Positions 1 through 9,930 of a stretch of 64,000 nucleotides of DNA are shown here, piece by piece; within the stretch, counting starts at the first letter, position 1; every line of letters begins with the position of its first letter. This DNA comes from Negativicutes bacterium (GTDB lineage: Bacteria; Bacillota; Negativicutes; JALHDB01), in assembly GCA_022840825.1 (NCBI GenBank), contig JALHDB010000001.1, positions 134,669 to 198,668 on the forward strand. Direction: 5' to 3'. Below the pieces are notes generated by a model. It saw only the letters and a list, made by a program, of their open reading frames with translations, did not search any database and was not told the origin of the DNA. The position numbers and the translations under genes are program-made.

Positions 1-1517
1 CGGTTGCAACAAGCGGATTTGTAGGAAACGGTCACCCTGAAGCGCTTACAGCCGCTTTGGAGGAACGGTTCAAAGACGAGCAAGCTCCTCGTAATTTGAC
101 ATTACTATATTGCGCGGGGCAAGGCGATGGAAAAGACCGAGGGCTTAACCATCTCGGCCATGAGGGAATGTTAAAACGAGTTGTGGGTGGGCACTGGAAT
201 TTAGCACCGAAGGTTGGCAAATTGGCTGTGGAAAATAAAATTGAAGCTTATAATTTCCCTCAGGGAACTTTGACCCACTGGTTTCGCAGTGTAGCCGGTA
301 AAAAGCCTGGTGTTATAACTAAAGTAGGACTTAATACATTTGTAGACCCACGGATAGAAGGCGGTAAAATAAATCATTTTACTAATGAAGATCTGGTTGA
401 AGTAATTACACTGGGTGGTGAGGAATGGCTTTGGTATAAGCCGTTTCCGGTCGATATTGCGTTGATACGAGGAACTACAGCCGACTTAAACGGAAACGTG
501 ACTATTGAAAAAGAGGCAGTGTCGTTGGAAATTTTACCAATTGCCCAAGCGGCTAAAAACAGTGGCGGTATTGTAATAGTGCAGGTTGAACGAATTGTTG
601 AGAATGGTACTCTTCAACCAAGAGAAGTAAAAGTGCCTGGTATAATTGTGGATTATGTGGTTGTTGCAGATAATCCTGCTGAACATATGCAAACTTTTGC
701 TGAACACTACAATCCGGCAATGTCCGGTGAAATTCGTATTCCAATGTCAGCTATAAAGCCGATGCAGCTTGACGAACGGAAAGTAATTGCCCGGCGGGCT
801 GCCATGGAGTTGATTCCCGGTGCTATTGTCAATTTGGGCATTGGTGTTCCCGAAGGGGTTGCGGCGGTAGCCAATGAAGAAGGAGCCGGCGGACAACTAA
901 CTTTGACGGTTGAGTCTGGTCCGATTGGAGGAGTTCCGGCCGGTGGGCTAAGCTTTGGCGGATCGATCAATCCACAAGCTATTCTTGATCAACCTTATCA
1001 ATTCGATTTTTATGATGGCGGCGGATTAGATTTGGCTTACCTAGGTTTAGCAGAGACGGACCAGTACGGCAATATTAATGTAAGCAAATTTAAAGGGCGT
1101 GTTGCCGGCTGCGGCGGTTTCATTAATATTACGCAAAATGCGAAACGGGTTGTATTTTGTGGCTCTTTCACCGCCGGTGGCTTAAAGGTTAAGGTTGAAG
1201 AAGGGAAGCTAACTATTCTACAAGAAGGCAAGGCCAAAAAATTCATGGAGAATGTTGAACAAATTACGTTTAGCGGTAAATATGCCCAAAAGGTTAATCA
1301 GCCGGTTATGTATGTAACTGAACGGGCGGTGTTTCAATTAACTCAGGTCGGGATGCTATTGACGGAGATTGCTCCGGGTATCGACTTGGAGAAAGACATT
1401 CTGAAACTAATGGATTTTAAACCGATTATTTCACCCAACCTTAAAACAATGGATGCACGGATTTTTACCGATCAACTGATGGGACTTAAAGATTGGATTG
1501 CAGCAAAAAGAAAATAA
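1..1517 (+). CDS. pct: Propionate/acetate CoA-transferase family protein (Pct/YdiF-like, fused alpha-beta). 5' end lies upstream of the window.
   Basis: The reading frame is open from position 3 with no stop. The N-terminal [13 protein letters not shown] motif and overall layout match family I acyl-CoA:acetate CoA-transferases such as Clostridium propionicum Pct. Confidence 0.8.
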   Translation, partial: VATSGFVGNGHPEALTAALEERFKDEQAPRNLTLLYCAGQGDGKDRGLNHLGHEGMLKRVVGGHWNLAPKVGKLAVENKIEAYNFPQGTLTHWFRSVAGKKPGVITKVGLNTFVDPRIEGGKINHFTNEDLVEVITLGGEEWLWYKPFPVDIALIRGTTADLNGNVTIEKEAVSLEILPIAQAAKNSGGIVIVQVERIVENGTLQPREVKVPGIIVDYVVVADNPAEHMQTFAEHYNPAMSGEIRIPMSAIKPMQLDERKVIARRAAMELIPGAIVNLGIGVPEGVAAVANEEGAGGQLTLTVESGPIGGVPAGGLSFGGSINPQAILDQPYQFDFYDGGGLDLAYLGLAETDQYGNINVSKFKGRVAGCGGFINITQNAKRVVFCGSFTAGGLKVKVEEGKLTILQEGKAKKFMENVEQITFSGKYAQKVNQPVMYVTERAVFQLTQVGMLLTEIAPGIDLEKDILKLMDFKPIISPNLKTMDARIFTDQLMGLKDWIAAKRK

Positions 1518-1540
1518 ATAAGTAAGAAGGGGTGTAAAGC

Positions 1541-2719
1541 ATGAAAGAAGTGGTAATTGCCAGCGCAGTTCGTACACCTATTGGAAGTTACAACGGTTCT
1601 TTGGCGTCACTGTCGGCCGTGGACCTAGGGAAGATTGTTATTAAAGCAGCTTTGGAACGGGCCGGAGTCAAGCCCGAAATGGTGGGGGAAGTATTGTTTG
1701 GGTGTATTTTACAAGCAGGACTAGGGCAGGGAGTTGGCCGGCAAGCAGCTATTCATGCCGGGATTCCGGATTTTGTACCGGCAACAACTATAAATAAATT
1801 ATGCGGATCGGGCATGAAGGCTGTAACGATGGGAGTACAGGCTATTCGTGAAGGTGATGTTGATATTGTGGTGGCCGGCGGAGCCGAAAGCATGTCTAAT
1901 GCTCCTTATCTTGTTGAAAAAGCCCGCTGGGGATATCGGATGGGTGATGGAGTATTAGTAGATTCCATGATTCGCGACGGATTGAGTGATATTTTCAACA
2001 ATTACCATATGGGAGTGACTGCCGAGAACGTTGCTGAACGCTACCGGCTGTCACGGGAAGAACAAGACCGGTTTGCCCTTGAATCGCAACAAAAAGCAGC
2101 GAGGGCAATTACTGAAGGTGCTTTCGTTGATGAGATCGTGCCGGTAACTATCAAAGGTAAAAAAGGGGATACTATAGTAACGATTGACGAACATCCGAAA
2201 CAAGGCGTTACGTTGGAAGCATTGGCCAGTTTGAGACCGGCATTCAAAAAAGATGGAACTGTTACGGCCGGTAATGCATCCGGAATTAATGACGGAGCAG
2301 CAGCATTGGTGTTAATGTCGGCGGACAAAGCCAAGGAATTGGGCGCGCCTGTACTGGCTAAAATTCGTGGCTATGGCAGCGCCGGTGTCGATCCGGCCTA
2401 TATGGGTATCGGACCTATTGGGGCAACTAAAAATGCACTCAAAAAGGCAGGGATGACAATTAAGGATATTGATTTAATTGAAGCTAATGAAGCATTTGCC
2501 GCCCAATCACTGGCAGTCGGCAAAGAGTTGGGTTTTGCTACCGACAAACTAAATGTTAACGGCGGAGCCATTGCTCTTGGTCACCCAATTGGTGCCAGTG
2601 GTGCGCGCATTTTGGTAACTTTGCTGTATGCTATGCAAAAACGGGGCCTTAAGACCGGCTTAGCAACTTTGTGTATTGGTGGCGGCATGGGAATTGCAAC
2701 GATAGTTGAGCGGCAGTGA
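1541..2719 (+). CDS. Acetyl-CoA C-acetyltransferase (thiolase II)
   Basis: 392 aa. The N-terminus reads [13 protein letters not shown] and the active-site Cys context [10 protein letters not shown] is present. The C-terminal [11 protein letters not shown] and CIGGGMG motifs are also present, and an RBS lies upstream. Confidence 0.9.
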   Translation: MKEVVIASAVRTPIGSYNGSLASLSAVDLGKIVIKAALERAGVKPEMVGEVLFGCILQAGLGQGVGRQAAIHAGIPDFVPATTINKLCGSGMKAVTMGVQAIREGDVDIVVAGGAESMSNAPYLVEKARWGYRMGDGVLVDSMIRDGLSDIFNNYHMGVTAENVAERYRLSREEQDRFALESQQKAARAITEGAFVDEIVPVTIKGKKGDTIVTIDEHPKQGVTLEALASLRPAFKKDGTVTAGNASGINDGAAALVLMSADKAKELGAPVLAKIRGYGSAGVDPAYMGIGPIGATKNALKKAGMTIKDIDLIEANEAFAAQSLAVGKELGFATDKLNVNGGAIALGHPIGASGARILVTLLYAMQKRGLKTGLATLCIGGGMGIATIVERQ

Positions 2720-2847
2720 ACTCGTTTCAGCAAAGCTGAAACATCGGGAGCTCAGGTGGAGAGTCAACTCCACCTGAGCTGACGCCGCCTATAGAGGCGG
2801 GGAGTCTTAACTCGCTGAATAAGATGAAAAATTAAGGAGGGACAACG

Positions 2848-3987
2848 ATGCAATTCACATTTACAGAAGATCAATTAGCAATTCGGGATATGGTGCGAGA
2901 TTTTGCCGTGAAAGAAGTAGCACCCGGAGTCGAAGAACGGGATGAAACAGAAACTTTTTCTCGGGCGTTATACGACAAAATGGGGGAACTGGGACTGTTG
3001 GGGATTTGCTTTCCTGAGGAATACGGCGGAGTTGGCGGTGATTATTTAAGCTACATTCTAGCTATTGAAGAATTATGCAAGGTTGATGACGGCATGGGAA
3101 TCGCTTATTCAGCATCAGTTTCGCTGTGTGCTTCACCGTTGTTTCAATACGGAAATGAACAACAAAAACAGAAGTATCTTGTGCCACTTGCAACCGGTGA
3201 AAAAATGGGTGCTTTTGCCCTAACGGAAGCTAATGCCGGAACGGATGCATCTTCTCAGCAAACAGTTGCTCAACTTACCGGCGATCAATATATAGTTAAC
3301 GGCAGCAAGATGTTCATAACAAATGGCGGCGAAGCAGAAACTTATATTGTATTTGCTATGACTGATAAATCTAAGGGAGCTCGCGGTATTTCAGCCTTTA
3401 TATTAGAAAAAGATATGCCTGGTTTTACGTTCGGTAAAAAAGAGCATAAGATGGGAATCCGTTCATCGCAAACAATGGAACTTGTATTTCAGGATGTTAA
3501 AGTACCTAAGGAAAATTTATTGGGAAAAGAAGGCGACGGTTTTAAAATTGCCATGGGTACTTTAGATGGCGGCCGTATTGGTGTTGCGGCCCAAGCGCTT
3601 GGTATTGCTCAGGCTGCCGTAGATCATGCCATAAAATACTCCAAGGAAAGAACTCAGTTTGGCAAACCGATTGCGGCAAATCAAGCAATTGCGTTTATGC
3701 TGGCGGACATGGCTACCTACGTTGAGGCATCCCGCCTATTGGTATATCAGGCTGCCTATCGTAAGGAGCACGGTTTGTCTTACAGTAAAGAAGCGGCAAT
3801 GGCTAAATTGTTTGCATCGGACGCTGCCATGAAAATTACTACCGATGCCGTACAAATATTTGGAGGATATGGCTACAGTCGTGAGTATCCGGTTGAAAGG
3901 TTAATGCGTAATGCCAAAATAACCCAAATTTATGAAGGAACAAATCAAGTGCAGCGAATGGTTATTTCCGGCTCGATTTTACGGTAG
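2848..3987 (+). CDS. Short-chain acyl-CoA dehydrogenase (butyryl-CoA dehydrogenase-like)
   Basis: 379 aa ACAD fold. It carries the catalytic region [12 protein letters not shown] and FAD-binding motifs, with a strong RBS AAGGAGGG upstream. Confidence 0.88.
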   Translation: MQFTFTEDQLAIRDMVRDFAVKEVAPGVEERDETETFSRALYDKMGELGLLGICFPEEYGGVGGDYLSYILAIEELCKVDDGMGIAYSASVSLCASPLFQYGNEQQKQKYLVPLATGEKMGAFALTEANAGTDASSQQTVAQLTGDQYIVNGSKMFITNGGEAETYIVFAMTDKSKGARGISAFILEKDMPGFTFGKKEHKMGIRSSQTMELVFQDVKVPKENLLGKEGDGFKIAMGTLDGGRIGVAAQALGIAQAAVDHAIKYSKERTQFGKPIAANQAIAFMLADMATYVEASRLLVYQAAYRKEHGLSYSKEAAMAKLFASDAAMKITTDAVQIFGGYGYSREYPVERLMRNAKITQIYEGTNQVQRMVISGSILR

Positions 3988-4005
3988 GCAACAGGAGGTG
4001 AAAAA

Positions 4006-4788
4006 ATGGAACTTACCAGTCTTTTATACGAAGTTGATCAGGGTATTGCCGTAATTACTCTTAACCGGCCACAGGCTCTTAATGCGTTGAACGGTACACT
4101 GATGAGAGAACTTAGTATTTTACTGGATGAAGTGGCAGGAAATAAAATGGTAAAAGTAGTTATAATTACCGGCAGCGGTGAAAAAGCTTTTGCCGCCGGG
4201 GCAGATATTGCCGAGATGCAAACGATGACGGCACTGGAAGGCCGGGAATGGGGCAAATTAGGACAGGAAACCTTTACAAAACTTGAAAAGCTCCCTCAAC
4301 CGGTCATTGCAGCCGTGAACGGATTTGCTTTAGGCGGTGGTTGTGAATTAGCAATGGCGTGTGATATTAGGATCGCTGTCGACAAGGCTAAGTTTGGCCA
4401 ACCGGAAGTTTCTTTGGGGATTCCGCCGGGATTTGGCGGCACACAGCGTTTACCGCGGTTGATCGGCCGTGGGCGGGCGTTAGAATTATTATTGACGGGG
4501 GATATGATTGCCGCACCGGAAGCATTCCGGCTAGGCTTAGTCAACCGGGTGGTATCGCCAGCAGACTTAATGGCGGAGACCAAAAAAATGGCCCAGACCA
4601 TTATGAAGCGAGGCAATATTGCCGTAAATATAACCAAAGCAGCAGTTCACCGCGGGATGGAGACTGATTTGGTGACAGGTTTGGCTTATGAAGCGGAAGT
4701 ATTTGGTCTTTGTTTTGCGACTCAAGATCAGCGGGAAGGTATGGCGGCCTTTTTAGAGAAACGGAAGGCCGATTTTACCGGAAAATAA
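4006..4788 (+). CDS. Enoyl-CoA hydratase (crotonase family)
   Basis: 260 aa. The crotonase signature AAVNGFALGGGCELAMACDIRIA is present. Confidence 0.88.
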   Translation: MELTSLLYEVDQGIAVITLNRPQALNALNGTLMRELSILLDEVAGNKMVKVVIITGSGEKAFAAGADIAEMQTMTALEGREWGKLGQETFTKLEKLPQPVIAAVNGFALGGGCELAMACDIRIAVDKAKFGQPEVSLGIPPGFGGTQRLPRLIGRGRALELLLTGDMIAAPEAFRLGLVNRVVSPADLMAETKKMAQTIMKRGNIAVNITKAAVHRGMETDLVTGLAYEAEVFGLCFATQDQREGMAAFLEKRKADFTGK

Positions 4789-4809
4789 AAATGACAGGGG
4801 GAGAGAATT

Positions 4810-5550
4810 ATGCGGGGTTTAAAAGATAAAGTGGTCATAATTACCGGTGGCGCAGCCGGGATCGGCAAGGCAACAGCTTTGCGGTTTGCTGAAGAAGGTG
4901 CAAAGGTGGTAGTGGCGGATTACGCCGACGGGGCACAGACAATTCAGGAAATAAAAACAGCTGGCGCGCAAGCAATATATATCCAAGCAGATGTTACTAA
5001 TCCGGACAATGTTAAAGAAATGGTAAACAAAACATTGGAAGCTTATGGCCGTATCGATGTTCTGATCAATAACGCCGGTATTACTAAGGATTCGATGATG
5101 AAAAAGATGGCCAAAGAAGCCTGGGATGCGGTAATAGCTGTAAATCTTACCGGTGTATTTAATTGTACTTCCGCTGTACTCCCGACTATGCTGCAGCAAA
5201 ATTTCGGCGTGGTTTTAACAGCATCTTCAGTGGTCGGTCTATACGGCAATCTTGGGCAAACAAATTATGCGGCAACAAAATGGGGCGTAATTGGCATGAC
5301 CAAAACATGGGCCAAAGAAATGGCAAAATACGGGCTGCGGTTTAATTGTGTAGCACCTGGATTTATTGGTACAGAAATGGTTCGCAAGATTCCCGAACAA
5401 GTTCTCCAAGAAAAAATCATCATTAAGATTCCGGCCGGCCGCTTGGGAGAACCGGAGGAAATAGGTGCGATTTATGCTTTCTTGGCTTCGGATGATGCTA
5501 AATACATTAATGGAGCAGTAATTAGCGTTGATGGAGCATGTACACTGTAA
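4810..5550 (+). CDS. Short-chain dehydrogenase/reductase (3-oxoacyl-ACP reductase/acetoacetyl-CoA reductase/type-II 3-hydroxyacyl-CoA dehydrogenase-like)
   Basis: 246 aa. It has the TGGAAGIG Rossmann motif, the NNAG motif and a YxxxK catalytic tetrad context (NYAATK). Confidence 0.85.
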   Translation: MRGLKDKVVIITGGAAGIGKATALRFAEEGAKVVVADYADGAQTIQEIKTAGAQAIYIQADVTNPDNVKEMVNKTLEAYGRIDVLINNAGITKDSMMKKMAKEAWDAVIAVNLTGVFNCTSAVLPTMLQQNFGVVLTASSVVGLYGNLGQTNYAATKWGVIGMTKTWAKEMAKYGLRFNCVAPGFIGTEMVRKIPEQVLQEKIIIKIPAGRLGEPEEIGAIYAFLASDDAKYINGAVISVDGACTL

Positions 5551-5600
5551 ACGTACTTTAGTTTGCTAATATTCCTTTTGAGTCAAACTTAATTATTGGC

Positions 5601-5650
5601 TCCTGTAATTGTTTCGTTTACGCGGAACATAATTACAGGAGTTAACTTTT
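5601..5650 (+). terminator. Putative operon-end hairpin (10-bp perfect stem TCCTGTAATT/AATTACAGGA) with a weak T tract
   Basis: An inverted repeat is read directly. The 20-nt loop is itself partly self-complementary, and TTTT follows. Confidence 0.4.
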
Positions 5651-5735
5651 GTAGCTTCCATTTCTTTTTTATGGAAAATAATATAATTACATGATAAAAT
5701 TTAATAAAAAAAAAGAACGGTCTCAGGAGGCGTAT

Positions 5736-7883
5736 ATGCGAATTCGGGATATCATGAGCAAAGCCGAAGTTGTATTATTGCCGGATGTTTCCTTGCTGGA
5801 AGCTGCAAGCATGTTATATAAGGCGGGATTGGATGGTGCGGCGGTGGTGGATGAGGACCGCCGAATTATAGGAATCGTAACTAAAGCTAATTTCTTAAAA
5901 GCGATGGCCGAACAACGCCTATTGGAATCTCCGGTCGGAAGCATCATGAAAACAGGAGTGCATACTTTACAGGCCATGCTGCCAATAATAACCCTGCGCT
6001 GTGATCCTGATATCTTTTCTTATGGTTTTTATCCGGTGCTCGATGACAAACGCCAACTGTGCGGGTATATCACTAGGCCTATTTTGATGCAATATTTGTC
6101 AGACAGCATGTTTCAATTGGTAGAAGAATTAAAAGCGGTTTTAGATTCAACCTATAATGGGGTTATTGCAATAAATGCTGCCGGAAAGGTTATTTGGTAT
6201 AATGCTGCTGCCGAACGACTAATGCAGTTGCCGGCGGCAAAGGTTGTCGGTCAGCTAGTTGATGAAGTAGTGCCAAACACAGCATTACTGCGGGTAATTC
6301 AGACCGGCGAAGCCGAAGTAAATCAACAGCAGCGGATATACGACAAGGTAATTATAACTAACCGCACGCCAATCATCAAAGATGGAAAATGCATTGGAGC
6401 AGTGGGTGTATTTCAAGATATTACTGAACTTCAGTCGGTTGCCGATGAATTAGAGCATATAAAGAATCTAAAAAGCACATTGGAGTCTGTATTGGAAAGC
6501 GAATTTTCGCGGATTGTAGTTGTGGATAGATCCGGTCGCATTAGTAGAATGAATCAAGCGTATTTAGAATTCTTGGGTTATGAATCACCTAGTCAGGTAA
6601 TAGGGAAGCATGTTACTGAAATTATAGAAAATACACGGATGCATATTGTTGCCCAAACCGGCAAGGCTGAAATTATGGATGTACAGAAAATAGGGAACAG
6701 GAATTGTGTTGTAACAAGGACACCGATCATGAAAGACGGCGAAATTGTCGGAGCGGTAGGAACTGTAGATTTTAAAGATGTAAAAGAATTAAAATCCTTG
6801 GCCCGTAAAGTGAGCAAGCTACAATCTGAACTGGAATATTATAAGGAAGAATTGATCAAGGCTCACGGGGGAAAGTATACTTTTGACAGCATTATCGGTG
6901 ACAGTGAGAAAATGAAATGGCTAAAAACAACGGCTATGCGGGCAGCAAAAGGAAATTCTACCGTACTTATTTTGGGTGAAAGCGGTACTGGTAAGGAATT
7001 ATTTGCTCATGCGCTGCATAATGCCAGTTCCCGGCGGAATGGTCCGTTTATCAAAGTTAACTGTGCAGCAATTCCGGAAAATTTATTGGAATCAGAACTG
7101 TTTGGTTATGATGAAGGAGCATTCACCGGTGCCAAGCGAGGGGGAAAACCGGGTAAATTTGAATTGGCTAACGGTGGAACCATTTTTTTGGATGAAATAG
7201 GGGATATGGCCTTTCCCATGCAGGCTAAGCTTTTGCGAGTGCTGCAGGAAAAAGAAATTGAACGGGTCGGCGGAACAAAAACAATTAAAATTGATGTGCG
7301 GGTAATTGCGGCAACTAACCGTGATATTGAGGCGATGATTGAGCAAAATAATTTTCGTCAAGATTTGTATTACCGATTAAATATTATATCGTTGCAAATA
7401 CCTGCATTGAGAGAACATAAAGAAGATATTCCGCTGTTAAGTATGATGCTGCTGCGAAAAATTGCTCTTCATACTCCCCATGACGTCGAAGGAGTAGCCA
7501 AAGAAGCGGAAGAGTATCTTGTCAATTATGCTTGGCCCGGCAATGTAAGAGAACTTGAAAATGTGTTGGAACGAGCTATTAATCTTATGGATGATGAACG
7601 GTATATACTACCGGAACATCTGCCGCCTGTTATTAAACGCAGTTATCAAAATCCAGCTGTGGATAGTGGTGCACCGCCAATTCCAGCTGCCAGATCATCT
7701 GGCCGGTCCGAATTAGGAAGCATCAAGAAGGATGCCGAACGGGAGGCGTTGTGGCGGGCCCTTATTAGATCAGGCGGTAATAAAACCCGTGCGGCTAAAT
7801 TGTTAGGAATTCAGCGGTCCGCATTTTATGAAAAACTTAAGCAGCACGGTATCACCGGTAAAGAGCCTGAATTGTATCAATAG
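5736..7883 (+). CDS. Sigma-54-dependent transcriptional activator (CBS pair - PAS - PAS - AAA+ sigma-54 activation domain - Fis-type HTH)
   Basis: The RBS AGGAGG is followed by ATG at 5736. The N-terminal CBS pair is followed by Walker A GESGTGKE, the sigma-54 contact motif GAFTGA and a C-terminal HTH ([19 protein letters not shown]). Confidence 0.9.
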   Translation: MRIRDIMSKAEVVLLPDVSLLEAASMLYKAGLDGAAVVDEDRRIIGIVTKANFLKAMAEQRLLESPVGSIMKTGVHTLQAMLPIITLRCDPDIFSYGFYPVLDDKRQLCGYITRPILMQYLSDSMFQLVEELKAVLDSTYNGVIAINAAGKVIWYNAAAERLMQLPAAKVVGQLVDEVVPNTALLRVIQTGEAEVNQQQRIYDKVIITNRTPIIKDGKCIGAVGVFQDITELQSVADELEHIKNLKSTLESVLESEFSRIVVVDRSGRISRMNQAYLEFLGYESPSQVIGKHVTEIIENTRMHIVAQTGKAEIMDVQKIGNRNCVVTRTPIMKDGEIVGAVGTVDFKDVKELKSLARKVSKLQSELEYYKEELIKAHGGKYTFDSIIGDSEKMKWLKTTAMRAAKGNSTVLILGESGTGKELFAHALHNASSRRNGPFIKVNCAAIPENLLESELFGYDEGAFTGAKRGGKPGKFELANGGTIFLDEIGDMAFPMQAKLLRVLQEKEIERVGGTKTIKIDVRVIAATNRDIEAMIEQNNFRQDLYYRLNIISLQIPALREHKEDIPLLSMMLLRKIALHTPHDVEGVAKEAEEYLVNYAWPGNVRELENVLERAINLMDDERYILPEHLPPVIKRSYQNPAVDSGAPPIPAARSSGRSELGSIKKDAEREALWRALIRSGGNKTRAAKLLGIQRSAFYEKLKQHGITGKEPELYQ

Positions 7884-7933
7884 ATTTCGACAAAAGAATA
7901 TTACAACAGTGAATTATTATAGGAGGTCATAAA

Positions 7934-8137
7934 ATGCCATACATAAACATTAAAATTACGAAAGAAAATGTAACGCCTGAGAAAAAGGCCCAGCTAATTA
8001 AGGGGGCAACACAGTTGTTGGTGGATGTATTGGGTAAAAACCCCAATACTACGGTTGTCGTGATTGATGAGGTCGATACCGACAATTGGGGGATCGGCGG
8101 AGAAACAATAACGGTGCGTCGAAAACAAGGCAAATAA
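7934..8137 (+). CDS. 4-oxalocrotonate tautomerase family enzyme
   Basis: 67 aa beginning MPYINIKI, with the catalytic Pro1 after Met. The beta-alpha-beta tautomerase size is typical, and the RBS is AGGAGG. Confidence 0.8.
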   Translation: MPYINIKITKENVTPEKKAQLIKGATQLLVDVLGKNPNTTVVVIDEVDTDNWGIGGETITVRRKQGK

Positions 8138-8237
8138 TACATGATGACCTTAGGTTCAACTGGGAATAGTTTTCCAACATATTCTATTTGATTTTAAGGA
8201 CGTCTTATTATATAATCTATATTTGCTGATACAAACA

Positions 8238-8590
8238 AATATTCGAATGCTATGAGGAGTCACGGTGAAGCAATTTTGGCTTTGCTGAGGAAAGTCCAGA
8301 CTACCACAGACTGCGATGTCTGTAGTGTGTGTGCCTATCGCAAGATAGGGCAGGTAATCCTGACGGCGGTGAATTTGACTCACGAAGTCGATAGTAGCCT
8401 GAAAGTGCCACAGAAACTATTCGGTCTGGCGACAGGCCGGTGCAAGGGTAAACCCCACACGGTAGAAACCCAAATTATGGTAGGGGAGCCTCTTTGAAGG
8501 AATGTGAACAGAGAAGGGGAATATCTTACAGATATTAGATAAATGACTCCATAAAACAAAAACTGGCTTACGGTAGCATTGAGATGTCAG
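8238..8590 (+). ncRNA. rnpB: RNase P RNA, Bacillus type B (rnpB)
   Basis: The conserved blocks GAGGAAAGUCC, GAAAGUGCCACAG, GGUAAACCCC, GAAACCCAAAUU and GGUAGGGGA are present in order. A P1 helix pairs AAUGCUA near 8246 with UAGCAUU near 8580. A TATAAT -10 lies at 8211-8216 and an intrinsic terminator follows. Ends are approximate. Confidence 0.85.
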
Positions 8591-8623
8591 ATACCTGCAA
8601 TTAAGTAGGTATCTTTGTTTTTC
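8589..8623 (+). terminator. Intrinsic terminator after rnpB
   Basis: AGATACCT-loop-AGGTATCT hairpin followed by TTTGTTTTT. Confidence 0.7.
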
Positions 8624-8712
8624 AAGCCAAAATAAGTATAGTGGCAATCAACATAAAAATAGCCGGCCTGTTAAGGCACGGCTAAAGATAGTAAATGGGG
8701 AAAGAGATGGGT

Positions 8713-9006
8713 TTAATCGTCGGTGAGGCAATCGCCTGATGGTCCAATAGCGACTATTTGCGAGAGATTTATCTTCAGCAAGTCGCCTTCATCATACAGT
8801 GGTGGTTGGATATCTTCTCTTGTTCCGTTAAACAAAATTTCCGGCGGGCAAGTCAATCTGATGAAAAGAAATGAATTATTGGTTTTTGGGAATGGTGAAA
8901 AACAAGAGACAGGGCTCACCAACTGTCCTTGAAATATTAACCCGGAAAGCGTTACAATCCTAACTCCGGATACTAGATTTTGTCGTTCCTCATTTTGGCT
9001 GCTCAT
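8713..9006 (-). CDS. Hypothetical small protein (97 aa)
   Basis: A strong RBS AGGAGGA lies 8 nt upstream of the ATG on the minus strand. No recognisable motif. Confidence 0.55.
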   Translation of the reverse strand: MSSQNEERQNLVSGVRIVTLSGLIFQGQLVSPVSCFSPFPKTNNSFLFIRLTCPPEILFNGTREDIQPPLYDEGDLLKINLSQIVAIGPSGDCLTDD

Positions 9007-9100
9007 GGGATTCCTCCTATAGTAATATTTGAAATGCTTATAGTATAATATGAAAAAGTTTATGTTAATGTTGCTTTGATTAGGAATTTTATTGGACTAT

Positions 9101-9146
9101 TTACTTAAAACAAATTGCCAACTAGCTTGTTATAAGCAGTTGGCAA
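9101..9146 (-). terminator. Intrinsic terminator after the 129-aa minus-strand ORF
   Basis: TTGCCAACT / AGTTGGCAA 9-bp stem, followed on the minus strand by TTTGTTTTAAG. Confidence 0.55.
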
Positions 9147-9153
9147 TCAATTA

Positions 9154-9543
9154 CTATACTGTTTTTATCCATTCTTTCAATTTTTCTATGATGTCAGTGC
9201 GTGCAATTTCTATATCGTTACCATACCATTCTTGTCCGGTATCGATATCAAACCAAAGGTCTTTATCCGTAAAATCACCGGATGGGTAAAGTTTTTCCTG
9301 CGCTGAAATTACGATAGCATCAAGCATGCTTTGCTTTATCGTTTTCCGGCTTGTTCTGCTACCGGTTCTTTCAACAGTTGATACCTTAATTTCCTGTTCT
9401 TCTAAGTAAATGTCAATTTGGCTTAATAATTTGCCTTGCTCGCCGGCTTCGCTAATAGCTTGTTTAGCGGCTGAAATAGCGTCTTTACGATCGATTTCGT
9501 CTGTAACATTGATTTTTGTATTGCCAAGAATTAACTTATACAT
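9154..9543 (-). CDS. Hypothetical acidic small protein (129 aa)
   Basis: The RBS GAGGAGGTG is followed by ATG at 9543 (minus strand). The ORF-track start at 9558 is probably an upstream extension. Confidence 0.55.
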   Translation of the reverse strand: MYKLILGNTKINVTDEIDRKDAISAAKQAISEAGEQGKLLSQIDIYLEEQEIKVSTVERTGSRTSRKTIKQSMLDAIVISAQEKLYPSGDFTDKDLWFDIDTGQEWYGNDIEIARTDIIEKLKEWIKTV

Positions 9544-9609
9544 AATGCACCTCCTCAAAGAAACTTTATGCCTTATTAAGTATCAGTAGAACTACTGATT
9601 GCAGTAAAG

Positions 9610-9900
9610 TTGACTAATGGGATTAATTGTTATATAATCATATTCGATAATCCCATGAAGCAGATTATTAGATTATTGAATGGGTCAGAAAGTTGGCGGT
9701 TGATGCGAGCCAATCCAGGAGATCATCGAACTCACTGCCGAGGAGCAGTTGCGCAAGCAATTGACGCATAACCGGCGTTACAGGATTAAGAGGGTAATAA
9801 CATAATGTTGTTACCAATCAGGGTGGTACCGCGGGAAAACTCGTCCCTGGCATTTTGGCCAAGGGGCGATTTTACATATTACAATCATTATTTTATTGTT
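9610..9900 (+). promoter_or_regulatory. sigmaA promoter (TTGACT-17-TATAAT) plus a leucine T-box riboswitch leader controlling leuS
   Basis: -35 TTGACT at 9610-9615 and -10 TATAAT at 9633-9638. The T-box sequence AAUCAGGGUGGUACCGCGGG is at about 9816-9836. The candidate specifier is CUC (Leu) in GAACUCACUG. A terminator hairpin CCCTGGC..GCCAAGGG plus a U tract ends near 9890. Confidence 0.85.
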
Positions 9901-9930
9901 TCATTTTATTCGTAGTGGGAGGTAACAATT

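Noticed and set aside
553-970. Antisense ORFs inside pct, and similar antisense ORFs inside most long genes (for example 2041-2334, 4038-4637, 24636-25524, 27000-28232)
   Set aside because: They are fully contained within well-supported CDSs on the opposite strand. They have no RBS and low-complexity Pro/Ser/Ala composition typical of antisense translation of GC-richer codons.
5640-5735. TGGAAAATAATATAATT and TTGGCTCCTGTAATTG examined as possible sigma-54 promoters upstream of the activator gene
   Set aside because: Neither has GC at -12 with the correct GG-N10-GC spacing.
8156-8647. Three overlapping predicted ORFs (75-81 aa)
   Set aside because: They overlie the RNase P RNA gene, and none has an RBS.
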